Of a DNA stretch of 64,000 bases, positions 35,191-48,435 are shown one piece after another. Below the pieces are notes generated by a model. That model was not told the DNA's origin. It searched no databases and saw only the letters and a program-made list of their open reading frames with translations. The stretch is taken from positions 83,082,001 through 83,146,000 of the forward strand of contig NC_045697.1 in assembly GCF_009834535.1 (NCBI RefSeq), in the 5' to 3' direction. The position numbers were made by a program, and so were the translations under genes. Source of the DNA: Camelus ferus (taxonomy: Eukaryota). Numbering within the stretch: position 1 is the stretch's first letter; each line of letters opens with the position of its first letter.

Positions 35191-38100
35191 ACAATGCTGT
35201 TGTATATTTTGGTAAAGCACATATGTCTTGGAGTATCCTAAGAAAAAAGAAATAACCAGAAATGTATTTATGAATCAGAAATACCAGAACATACTATATC
35301 TGTCAAAATGTATCTTTCTGAATTATTTGTGAATTATACAGTAATATTTTAAATAACTTCATTAACAGGAGAAAGCAAGTGTCAGTGAAAGCCCTGTCTC
35401 ATTACTCTTGCTGAGACTATATCTTACTTCTAATTTGGTATTATTTAATTTCACAAATTGTTTTCTCTTTGATTATATTTTTACTAATCTTTGGTCTTTT
35501 AATAAAAATGTTAAGGCATTTCCAACAGAGGTAAACATTTAAATTTAAAGAATCTTAATGGCTATGCAAAATGCATTCTTAGGGTAAAATATTTTGTCAT
35601 TTATCATTTAGGATAAAACATAATTTTAAATTCTGATAGTAGCATTAAAATTATATTGAACACCAATAACATGTTCCACAGTATTTCCCATCAAAATTGG
35701 CTCTCTGGATATAAACCACAGCCTTCCAGTATTGAAATATCATACTAGATGTGTGTAATTATGTACTTCCCGATACACCTGTTGATGTCTAGCTTATGAG
35801 AGCCTCAAATTCTCTAAAGCAGCATGGGAATTCAGTCAAAAAAACAGATCTGGTATACTTCTATCTTGTCTTACTTCAAAGGATTCATAACTTACAGGGA
35901 AAAATGAGGTTAAAATAATTCAAGTATATCTGAGTTTGACACATGAAACCTCCACAGCAGAGCACCACTTCTCCACAGAAATCCTTGGATAAACTTACTC
36001 ATTAAGCAACACTAAAGACCTGTGCACATGACTATATTTTTAGATGTAAATTTTATATAGATAACAAAATATTCTCAGCCCTATAAAACTGGGCTCAAAT
36101 ACCAATTTGTCCGACAATCAGTTTCCCAAATGTCTTATATACCACTAAATCAATAGTGTCCCATGTTTATATTTACCAAAAAATGGAATGTTTATGATAC
36201 GGTTGTTCATTATATAACATATTAGAAAACTTTTGATTAGTTTACAAGTGATAGCCATATCACAAACATAATTAACGAAGGATAGTTTTATATGATTGCC
36301 TACATATTTACTTTGTATTAAGAGCTGTTCTAGTGTTTGTTAAGCATTCACAGCAGCACACAGTGCAGTTTTTATCGAGTTTACACTCTAAATGGGGAAA
36401 GAATACATAAACTTATGGAAAGATAACTAATAATAAAAGATAAGAAGCAATAAGTGCTAAGTCAGAAAGATGCTCAGTAACTTTCATAGGCCACATGAGC
36501 AAGCAGACGTATCTCTGGGCTGAGATTTTTTATAGAAGGTGCAGAGAAGAATGGCATTTCCATTAAAGCACCTTCCTTTTTTTAAGGCTATAGGCTACAG
36601 AAATGAAATGCACTTTAGGCTGAAACTCTGTTTAAGCAAACATCAATTGCTTTGTTAGAGTGAACAGTCTCAGATATGGTGAGCAATGCACATTTGGAGA
36701 ATTAGTATGGATGGAATTTGGCTTTGGGTAATAGGATTGTAGGAGTGAAGAAAACAATTTATGGGCAGACAGTGAAAGGCCTTAACTGTTAGCTTAAGGC
36801 ATAACGGCTTCATTCTTTGAATCTGAACAAGTCATTGAAACGATTTTCTCTTGAGGTTTTTTGTATAGTTTGTTGCTTTTCTTCTCCAATGCTAGGAAAC
36901 ATTTGGTCAAATTATTTCAACCCATAATTTATTTTCAGCTCAGAAGAATCAGGTCCCAGCAGTAGAATTATGTGTTCAAATATAGTAAGATAGAAACCTC
37001 CAGAGGGTATTTTCAGTGTTTTCAAGAATCATCTTCTGAATGGATGAAGACCTGACAGAAGTGACTAACTCACAAGCATCTGATTTGAAAAGAACCCTTC
37101 AAAGAAAGGAACCTGTCCTGATGCCACTATCTTTGGAGTATACTATTCACTATTTCAGTGACCCTGTGGTACACTCAGCTAACATCCCTGTGGAAAGAAT
37201 GGAAGAAAAAGTGATCTGAGAACCAGATTTCCAGGCAGTCATAGCCCACCTACCATCCAGTACAGTTGTCTTTAAAATGTCTATACCATTTCCTGCATTT
37301 GGGATACACTACACATTTGTTTCCAGAACCTTTCTAAGACTTTTAGCAGGTGAGTAAAATTGGTATTTTTTTTTAGGAAGACTGATATCTCTACATTTTT
37401 CAGGATGGATCATTGATGATGGAGGATAGAAACTAAAACAAGTCAAATTACTACATGAAAAATGAAGTGACCGGGCTTAACTTAATGACCATAGCAAAGG
37501 GGGAGTTTGAATAAATAATACACTGTAAAACAGAGAAAAGTATATCTAACCTTACAGTTAAATGAGTAATGCGGGTTTATTTGCAGAATTAATCATGAAA
37601 GAAACATCAATTTGGAATGAAGTAACAAAGAGTGACTTATACGAGCACATAAACATAGTTCTGGTCATGTTTTGAAGAGTCTTTGTTTGCTTGTTTTCCT
37701 ATTCTGATTATACCAATGGAATAAGTGTAAATTTGACAGTATGCAAAGATGAAATTAATATCAAGGCTTGTCAAGCCAGTTATTTTTAAGTTAGTGTAAC
37801 TGAATGAAAGGTGATTTGGAAATGCTCATCCTTCTACTTTCAGTTATTTCATGAAGATGCTTTTAAAAATGCATGGTATGGATCCCATCCCTTAAAAGGA
37901 TAGACTTCTTTTCAATCCTTCAATCCTTCAATCCTTCATATCAATACTTTGTGTAACATTTATCTACACAAATGTTAATAAACAAAATCTAGGTTTAGAA
38001 AGGCTTCCAAATTGCACTTAAATACATTTTATACTATTATTCTCTTTCAGGTTCAAATGTAACTGTTAACATCAAGCTAAATACTTAGTACCCTCTGAGT

Positions 38101-38994
38101 TAGCCCTATAGAAAAATCTTATTTATCCCTTATTACCTAGAATACTTGTAAACTGCATTATAGTCCCAAATTTGCAAATTTTAGTTTTAAAATCTACACA
38201 TTTGAAAGTTATAGGCTGCTTGAAGGAATTTTAAATACAGATCTTCATAAAGATATGTGTAACTTTAATCTAGAATACTCAGGCTGTATGTATTATAGGC
38301 ACAAGCTTTGACTGCAAAATATAGAAACACATTATAAACTTGTATACAATGTTTTTCTTACTTCAGATGGGAAGAAGAAAACATAAAATGGCTTCTCTAG
38401 TGATGATGGCAGACTCTTTATGGTTTCTAAGGTTCAAGCACTCATGATATACCACACACACAAAAAAGACTTTTAAAAAAAGAATTTTAATGACATTTGC
38501 CATGAAAAAAACTAAAATTCACAAACCATACATCAACAAAGATATGTGCTATAATCAAGCAAAATAAGGATGTATTTTTAAGGATATGTTTGGAAGGATC
38601 AGTCTGTAAGTTGGAGGTAGTGTGGTGCAGTGGAATTAACCCCTCTCAAGAATCAGAGAGATGAATCAGAATGCCTGTACTTATATTTTGTGATTTTTAG
38701 CAACTCACGTGTCCTTTAAGAACACTGGTTTATTTTTTTCTAATGGAAACTACGATTATTGTAAATGAAAAATGAAGTAATACAAATATATTTCTTGCCA
38801 TATAGATGACGAATAGACACCATCCCTATTATACAATTGTATATTTTACCTGTCAAAAAAAATTTCACAACTGACAAATCTCCTACTAAGCATTTGTGGA
38901 TGGACAAGGTAACCGTTAGCTAGCACATCACCCACTGAGTGGAGATACAGTAAGAATGGAATTTGGTGAAATATAAGGGTAAGATCACATGGAT

Positions 38995-41360
38995 GACAAA
39001 AAACACAAAACAAGTCTTGGTAAATTTAAGAAAACTGAAATCCTATCACATGTCTTTTTTGACCACAACTCTTAAGACTATAAATCAACTACAGAAAAAC
39101 TGGAAAAAAAACACAAATGTGGAAGTTAAACAATATACTACTAAACAGCCAATGGCTCACTGAAGAAATCAAAGAAGAAATTTTAAAAATACTGGAAATA
39201 AGTGAAAACAAAAACACAACTATCCAAAATCTATGGGATGCAGCAAAAGGAGTTCTAAGAGGGAAGTTTATAGTGATATAAGTCTAACTCAGGAAAACTT
39301 CAAATAAACAAGCTAATCTTATACCTGAAGAAACTAGAAAAAGAACAAACAGAATTTAAATTTAGTAGAAGGAAAGAAACCATAAAGATCAGGGTAGAAA
39401 TAAATGAAATAGAGACTTAAAAAAAAAAAAACAATACAAAAGATCCATAAAATTAAAAGCTGGTTCTTGAAAAACTCTGAACAAACAGAAGTCCAGGACC
39501 AGAAGGCATCACAGGCAAATTCTACCAAACATTTGGAGAAGAGTTAACACTTACTCTTCTCAAACTATTCCAAAAATTACACAGGAAGGAATGCTTTAGA
39601 ATTCATTCTATGAGGCTAGCATCACTCTGATACCAAAACTAGACAAAGATTTTTTTTTTTAATTATAGGCCAGTATTATTGATGAACATATATGTAAAAG
39701 TACTCAACAAACTATGAGTAAACAAATTCAACAATACATTAAAAGAATCACACACCGTAACCAAGTGGGATTTATTCCAGGGATGCAAAGATGGTTCAAT
39801 ATCCACAAATCCATCATTATAACATACCATATTAATAAACTAAAGAATAAAAATCACATGATCATCTCAATAGATGCAGGAAGATCTTGACAAAATTCAA
39901 TATGCATGATTTAAAAAAGCTATCCAAAGAGTTGGTATAAAGAGAACACACCTCAATATTAAAAAGGCCATTATATAGTAAGCCCACAGCTAACATCACA
40001 CTCAACAATGAAAAGTTGAAAGCCTTTCCTTTAAAATCAGGAACAAGGATGCCCACTCTCCACAATTCTATTTAACATAGTATGAGATGTTCTAGTCACA
40101 GAGTTAGAGAAGAAAAAGAAATAAAAGGAATCCAAGTTGGAAGGAAAAAGTAAAACTGTCACTGTTTGCATATATGATACTACACATAGAAAATCCTAAA
40201 GATGCCACTAAAAACTATTAGAGCTCATTACTAATTTCAGTAAAGTTGCAGGATACAAAATTAACATACAGAAATCTGTTGAATTTTTATACACTAACAA
40301 TGAACTATGAGAAAGAGAAATTAAGAAAACAATCCCATTTACCATCACAGCAAAAATAATAAAATACCTGGGAATAAATGTAATTAAAGAGGTAAAAGAC
40401 CTGTATTCAGAAAACTGTAAGACATTTGATGAAATAAATTGAAGATGACACAAATATAAAGAATTATAGGTTGGAAGAATTAATATTGTTAAAATGACCA
40501 TATTATGCAGGGCAATCTATATATTTAAAGCAATCCCTATCAAAATGCCAATGGCATTTTTCATAGAACTAGGATAAATAATTCTCAAATTTGTATGGAA
40601 ACACAAAAAAATTCAAATATCCAAAGTAATCTTGAGAAAGAACAGAGCTCGAGATATCACAATTCCTAACTTCAGACTATACTACGAAGCTGCAATAATC
40701 AAAACAGTATAGTACTGGCACAAAAACAGACACATAGATCAATCGAACAGAATAAAAAGCCCAGGAGTAAACCCAGGCACTTATGGTAATTAATCTATGA
40801 CAAAGGAGGCAAGAATATACAATGGAGAAAAGAAAGTCTCTTCAATAAGTGGTGCTGGGAAAACTGGACAGCTACATGTAAAAGAATGAAATTCGGACAC
40901 TGTCTTACACCACATACAAAAATAAACTCAACAAGGATTAAATAATGGCCAATAAGCACATGAAAAGATGTTCAACACTGTTAATCATCAGAGAAATGGG
41001 AACCAAAACTACAATGAGATATCACCTCACACCTGCCAGAATGGCTGTCATCAAAAAAAAAAACAACAAAAAACAACAACAACAAAAAAAAAAAAACAAA
41101 GAAAGAAACATAAATAACAAATGTTGACAAGGACCTGGAGAAAAGGGAATCTTTGTACCCTGCTGAGAATGTAAACCGGTACAGCTACTATGGAAGATAG
41201 TATGGAGACTCCTCAAAAAAACTACAAATTGAATTATCATATGATCCAGCAATTCCACTGCCAGGTATATATTCAATGAAAATGAAACCACTCATTCAAA
41301 AAGATACATACACCCCAAAGTTCAGAGTAGCATTATTTACAATGCCAAGATATGGATTAT
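38995..41360 (+). mobile_element. Decayed L1 ORF2 fragment with internal deletions
   Basis: Closely parallels the 11000-13700 L1 text. It jumps at ~39475 and ~40943. Peptide [18 protein letters not shown]. Confidence 0.92.
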
Positions 41361-41489
41361 TTTCAACAATAAATATGAAATTACATAAACCAAATAATTC
41401 AATACAGTATTTACAAAGTCATGCACAATTGTTATGAATTAAGTTCACAGTCCCACAGAACCTTCTGCCATTATAGATGTGTTCTGCCC

Positions 41490-41632
41490 CTGCACTCTCC
41501 AAAACACTAGCCACTAGCCATGTGTGACTATGTGTTACTTGACATATGATTACTGTGTGAGAGAAAATTAATTTTTAAAATTTTAATTTTATTAATTTGA
41601 CTTGTGGCTTGTGGCTACCATATTGGGAAGCT
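41490..41632. mobile_element. MER3-like hAT-Charlie MITE
   Basis: Inverted ends ccaa...tagccactagccatgtgtgact and gacttgtggcttgtggctaccatattgg around an AT-rich centre. Confidence 0.7.
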
Positions 41633-43149
41633 TAGCATTTGAAGCACTGAATTCTTACAATTATTTTTAACCACAGGTGCAGAGTTGAACCTGTAGAGAA
41701 TCCCATGATACAAGTTACATAAAATAATAAACATATAAGTATCAAAAATATTGAAATACTGTTATGTACCTCTTATAATCCTTCAAAAAAAATCCAGCTG
41801 AAATCAAGCATCATAATTCCAGAAAATTAGTGTTTTTATTTTGTATTTAAATGATACGTGAAAGAAGTGAAATCTAAGGAAAAGGTACACAGTTCAATAT
41901 TTTTGAATATTGCTAAACTAATATTCAAACTGATAATAAACACACTTGCCAATTGCAGAGTTATGCTATTATTTCTTATTTTACTTTATGTGCTCCCTTA
42001 AATAACTGTAATAATCGAGTATTGTATCTATGTTTGTAAATATGATTTCTGAATTTTACATTTGAGAATATAATGAGAACCAAAAAGTAAGTGTCAACTT
42101 CACTATAAAAATTCTTAACACTTCCCACAAGGATCTGCTTCTATCTTTGACAATATCCAATATGTTTGGTGTCCCATAGGCTGCATTTAACTAGTGTGAA
42201 ATTTTCCTCATTCATTGCTGCCCTGATTTTTCACCTCAATTTATAATTTATCATTGGTTTTAATTAACCTCAAATAACACACAACAATCCAGCTGACAGA
42301 GCCATGAGCTGAGGAACAGCCAGGGAAACAAAAGAAAAGATAGTACAGCAGAGTCTTAAAAGGAATGGAATGACATGAGCAGCATTTTAAGACACAGGAT
42401 ATTCATGTTATAGAACAATTTGCAGTACTTTCTTTAAATCAAGAAAGCTTTTTGTGATCAAATCTCATATGTAGTTGTTTGGCTGCTCTGGAAAACGCAG
42501 GCAGCACTGTCTGCTGATCACAGCATGTCATTAAGTGTTGTAAAAATAATCACACAAAATGGCTAAATATTTTTTCAGTTCATTGTCTGCAGAGACACAA
42601 TGAAAATAAAACAAGTAGGGACTCTAAACGGTATATATGCTTTATCTTTTGAATCATTTACAACTTTTGTAATCCTATACAGACTTCAAACCCTAACTCC
42701 ATCACTAATTGTGATTTTAAGAGATGCAAGAAAGCTAAGTGATTGTCTCAAGTTCAAAGAGATATGAGATAACAAATCCAGAATTTTAATTTAGAAAGAC
42801 ATTATCATTTACAAGAGAAGCCAACTTTCTGAAATTTGTGTTTCAGAAAGATTACATCCAAAACCAGATAAGTGAAATATAAGATATGCGAATTTTATCT
42901 ACAAAAGTCAAAAACAATTCATTTTGATCCACATAGCAAACTATGGACTTTGATCTTCTTTCCATGAACTAATAATTAGTTCTCTTCACCCTTGCAATGG
43001 CCATTCAATATAGCAAAGTACAATCACTGAATGGACAATAGCTTCTCACTGATGAATTATTCTGTCACCAGGGGAACTATTTTCAATTTATGTTTTGTCA
43101 CTGCTGTCATAAAAGACTTTCACATATGATTGACTTTCAGTGAGAACTA

Positions 43150-43420
43150 TTATAGCATAGTGTATATAGCATGATATGAATATTATGAGCTCAGGCTGTC
43201 AGGATTCAAATCATGGCTCTGCTTTTTACTACCCATGTGACCTTGGATAAGTCACTTAACCTCTCTGTGCCTCCAATTCCTCATTTGCAATAAAGCAATA
43301 GGATAACAATACTACTTGTCTCAAAGAGGCTAGGAAAATTTAATAGCCAGTATACACACAGGCACACACATACACTGTGCTTAGAATAGCACACTATGAT
43401 ACACAGGCATACACAATTAT
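43150..43420 (+). mobile_element. MIR
   Basis: ggattcaaatcatggctctgc...tgtgaccttggataagtcacttaacctctctgtgcctccaattcctcatttgcaa. Confidence 0.85.
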
Positions 43421-43574
43421 AATTATTACTGCAAGGGAGAACTATCGGAGTTCTAATCTAATTTATCTTAATTATTGATGAAAATATCTTTGAAAAATAA
43501 TGAAAATGTTCTCAGATATTTTTAATGTGTCTTCCACCTCCCTCTGAGGTGATTATAAACGTGTGTAAGACAGA

Positions 43575-43767
43575 AATTGCCTAAGCATTTTACATACATT
43601 TTATAATTTGACTTTAATTTTCTCAATCATCTCATCTGTGACATGAATTACCTCACATTTTCAAGTGTGAATACTGAGTGTCATAAAATCTAAGTGACAG
43701 TTAAAAGTATACAATATTAAAAGCGGATGGTTTATGACTAAATCTGACAATTTCTCCACTATTTCAG
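43575..43767 (-). mobile_element. MIR
   Basis: ctaagcattttacatacatt...cacattttcaagtgtgaatactgagtgtcat...taagtgac...atctgac...tttctccacta. Confidence 0.55.
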
Positions 43768-45339
43768 GTTGTCTTTGCCCAGCAGACATGACTTCTCAAG
43801 GGACTATTTTCAAGGCTACATTGAGGCTCCTCTTCTTAAGCAGATAATGCCATCTGGTTGGCCCTTTCTCATGTCAGGAAAAGAGAAGGTAAGAGCAAGG
43901 GATGCATTTTTTAAAATTATTTAAAAATCTAGATGTACGATTCAGTGTGAAATTTTCAAATACATTGGCATTTATTAATGCCCTATTTTAGTACACAGAG
44001 ATGAATAACAGGTCTACACTTGGTGCCAGATAGATATCAGGAAACAGGTTTTTCTCAGATTTTGTAAAGGAAAAATAATGCAAGAACATTATTTAACATT
44101 CTCAGAATTATCTATGGAAGTACCTCATTAACATACTAATATTTCTGCACTGAGGATAAGTAGCATAAACAAAGACAGCGCATATCTTCAAATCAATTCT
44201 GCTCAGATTTTGCCGTCATGTGAGTTTATCACACACATCTAAGAAAAATAAAAAACCTACCTCATTTTTCAGAGATTTTTGGATTCTGAATTATAGATAG
44301 GATGTCAAACTTGTTTTTATTCACTATCAGTACTTAACTGATTTTCTAGTAGTGTTTGCTCTCTGAATAGATCATCAATTCTTCACTTTAACCCCAAATC
44401 TCTGTACTTTGCCTATGTTTCAGAGCTTAGAATCCTCAGCGTCCTTAACAATATGAAGCTAACTGTCCCAGCCTCATGAACCACATCCCTGGAAGCCAGA
44501 TGAAGAAGCAGGTACAGGAAGCCATAAAATAGTAAGCATGTGCTATTTCATAAAGAACAGAAGTGACAATTGCAGTCTCGCTGTTGGAGGGTTTGGTTTT
44601 GTTTTGTTTTTTTCCCAGCCCTTAAACCTGAAATGACATGGAGAGAAATAAATGGCCTTAAATCAGTACTTTTAAAATTGCACATATTCACCTTTCCGTA
44701 TTTAGTCCTCTCGATGTAAATCTGAACCTGTCTGATACCCTCAAAATGACTGAGAATGATTGTTATGAATTATTATCTAAAGAAAGAATCTGATCCCGTA
44801 AGTATGTTAATAATTTAGCCTCCCAAATCTAAACATGAGACCAAAAAGATAGGATAAGCAAATGCTCTCATTGATTCCCTAAGGCTTTCTTCAATCCTGG
44901 ACATACTCTATGGCCACGCAGTGGGGAGTGGATCAACACACAAAAAGGCTAGATTTGGATGCAGCTTGATCAATTCCCACCCACTGCGCATGAAGTCGGC
45001 CCAATGGTGCACATTGTTCATTTGGTAAAATTATATCCTCAAACACTATATGAAGCCATGCCAAGCTTCTCACAGGTCATGCTTTTATGCCCATCTACTA
45101 TCCTTCCAATGGAGGAGAAAGAAATTAGGCTCACTCTGTTAAACAATTAATCTCATGGTATACACCCAGATTTCATGGATGCAAATAGGAAAATAAAAAG
45201 TTCTTCCCAAGAAGATTTTATCTTGGCAGTTTTCTTTCAAGTACTTCAGAGAGTTCCTCCTCAAATATAACTGAGGTAAACGTTAGTGTCTCATCATCTG
45301 CCAACTGAAATTCAGAGGCATGGTAATGGGAACTGAAGG

Positions 45340-45520
45340 ACCAAATGCTCAGCATGTTTTCAGCATCCCACTGAGAAGATCTAAGCGCAGAAGAACTTTT
45401 GAAGGCAAAGTAGACTCCACGCTCTGATCTGTTCCATGGGAGGTGCTAAATGAGATGAGAATGGGCCCCAAGAACGCTTTTAACAAGTGTGATTATGATT
45501 CACAGGAGAAATCATTGGCT
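45340..45520. mobile_element. MER5-like hAT-Charlie fossil
   Basis: atgggccccaagaa...tttaacaag...tgattatgat...gagaaatcattgg. Confidence 0.45.
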
Positions 45521-47149
45521 ATACATCCCTAAAGTTGAACAATTAAACAGAATCCTGCTTAGAAAGCATCAAGAAATCACAGGGCATATTTGATTCATAT
45601 GAGATCAGAAACAGAAACGTTTTACCATTCAATAAAAATTTAAAACATCTCTCAAACTCAAATACTTTGCCAGGTTCAGGGACCATGTCCACCCCTACGT
45701 TTTACAGTAAACTGAGTCCAATCACTGGCAGCTCAATAAATAACAAAAACTTCTCCCTCAGGGATGATATTACAAAAATAGTTCTTTTTTTATTTTTCCC
45801 TTGAGCACATAAATCCTACATTATATAGCTATTTTTAAAAATCCTCAGCCAGCACTGAAAGGAACGTGACAAGAAAAGAGTTCACACGACAATATCTTTG
45901 ACAGTTGTTTTCCATAAGACACATTCTGTAAACATTTAAAAAAATCAAGTTATTAAAATTTTCTCATTGCCTTGAATTTAGCCTTAGAGGTCCCATTAAG
46001 AAAGGATGCTTGGAAATAATTTAAGTAGAGTAACGCTACTATAGCTACTTTTGGATTATCTGTGGTCATTCAGTAAAGAATATAATGTGTACATTTAGTA
46101 ACACCTTATTTTAACAATAAATATGACCTCTCTTACTAAATACTTTTTCTAGAGTGCTAAAAAGTAGTATTTCATGAGTAGATGGCTTCTATTAGGTCAA
46201 ATTAGGAAAAAGCATTTACAGGAAACAAAGGGGCTAAAACACAAGAAGTTCTTTGAAGAAGATGGGAAGTTTCAAAGGTTCTTCCAGGTCTGTGAAAGTT
46301 TCAGCAACACCTATATAGTATAGGTGGTTCACTATAATAGTTAACCAAATAACGTACTCAAACCCTGGAGCCAACAGTGAAGCCAGCCTCTCCCAAAGCA
46401 AATGCATCTTCAGTGGAGACAGGAGCAGGCAGGAAGAGGAAAGAGTGATGGATGCTGGGACAGTAAGCAAAGGTGGCCAGTGTGGTTCACCTCTTTGTCT
46501 GCATCCCCAGCACACACTCAATAAGAAGCACCCACTTGAAACCTCCTGGCTCCCTCCATAACTGAAATGTACCACAACCATCTCTGCATCCAGGATTTCT
46601 GGATGATGAAGGACCTATCAGTTCTGCACTGAGCTCTTGATCACCTAGTAAATTAGGGATACATGGTAAGTTGTTGAATTCCAATATACTCTAATACTGT
46701 CCAAGAAAAATTCTCATTTGATTACGAGGAAAACAGGAAACAACACACAGGAGTCACTGATGACCATCACATACCACCTCCAAACAGAAGTCATAGGCAA
46801 TTACCACTCCAGAAACAGAACAGAATCCTTGAATGGCCAATTTGGCAGTATTGGTTCTAACTTTGGTGACGGCCTCCTTGATTCATTTTCTCCCTGAACC
46901 CTGATTTGCCAATACTGAGAATAACCTTTGTCAGTTTTAATCTATGTAAGCAACTGCAATGGGCATTTGAAAGGCCATCCAACTGAGGCTATATTTTTTG
47001 AGCATCCCACTCTCTGTTAGTGCAAGTTTGGGTGCCTAGGAAATACACATAGGAACAATCATACATTGTTAGTTACCAGACTTGGGTTTATTTATAAATA
47101 CATCTTTAGAATCGCAGCTAGCTCTAAGTCTATTTGTATTTGCCCAACT

Positions 47150-48435
47150 CCATGTTCCAGTAATGCAAATGAGAAATCACATTTAATCACAGACCTTGAG
47201 CCTAGCACTAGAGTTGGAGGATTCTCTCTCCTAGTAGCTGTTATTGATGTTCTGTGCTCTGATCATTCAAGTGGATCTTTTTAAAGAGGTCTGCCTCTTG
47301 TAGCAATTTGAAGTAATGACTGAGTTGCTAAAATATATGCGTATTTATATCCTTGTCCTAAGCCTGTATTTTGGTTTCATTTCCACAGTATAAGTTGTTA
47401 CCTACTTTATCATGCAGGGAATTCTTAAGATAATGGTCTTGGGTGAGACCAGTGGAATAATGTATTTCTTATTTCCCCATATTTTCTCCTACTAAGTCTC
47501 CCATTTCCCTGTTAACTCTATCTTCACCTCACTGTACAAAATTAAGCTTGTCTGACCATTTAAGTACCTGAATTATCAGATTCTCAGTAAATTTGGATTC
47601 TAGACCAAGAGCAGAAGAGCAACTCTCAGCAAGACTTTCTCTCTCGGCCTTCAGAGAACAGCTGCAAAGCAAGCATGGCTCTTCCTTAGTAGAGATTCCA
47701 GCATTAGAAATCTTTTGACTCTTTTCCTCTAATAAGGAAGCCTTGGGAGGCACATGATCTGAGATCCACGGTAAAAGAAAAAATGTTTAACCATATGTTG
47801 AGCAATTAAATAACTAATATCCTCAATTTCTCACCTACCATTTTCTAACAAAACTCAGGCCATCCAATACTTTAGAGCCCATTACTTGTGAAACCTCACT
47901 CTTGGTACCAAATTTGGTATCAGTCATATACTTTGGTTGAAAATTTAATGGTATCAAATGAAACTAGCAAAAAATGCAGGGAAATGATTGTCCCATATGA
48001 CTAAATGGCAAAAGATGTGTCAGGTTTAGCATTCAGTTTATCAAGACTTCACATCTCGTGTGTGTGTGTGTGTGTGAGAGAGAAAGAAAGAGACTACCTT
48101 AGCTCTGTCCTCTTCATAGTGAGATTCAGTCTCAGATCATGACAAATCATAGCAAAATAAACATAGTACTTCTAGTCCTTACAAGTGCACAAGACACTGT
48201 CCAGAGAAAGGATCTGTATCCTTTATTACTACCAAAAGTTCTGAAATATTACTCATACTGGACTCATTAGATGAAAGGGTATATAACTGCACTGATTCAT
48301 TTAAGTTATATTAATGCACTTCACCTGTGAATTGAGGAACATGGCCATATTTCCTATCAACAATGCATTTGCAACATACATGCAGTCTATTGGGAGGGAA
48401 AGAAGAAAAAGGTGTTGGATACATTACCAACTTCT
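47150..48435 (-). mobile_element. Old MaLR element: internal remnant (to ~47915) plus MLT1K/J-like LTR
   Basis: Typical LTR/internal junction ctcttggtaccaaatttggtatcagtca at 47900-47927, followed by LTR text with aactagc...tgtcccatatgact...ctctgtcctc. Confidence 0.55.

Noticed and set aside
37912..37938. (TCAATCCT)x3 and other short tandem duplications such as 54813-54850
   Set aside because: Ordinary slippage repeats with no spacer structure. Nothing in the window is CRISPR-like.
46308..46326. Perfect 8-bp hairpin cacctata-tag-tataggtg
   Set aside because: About one such stem is expected by chance in 64 kb of AT-rich DNA.
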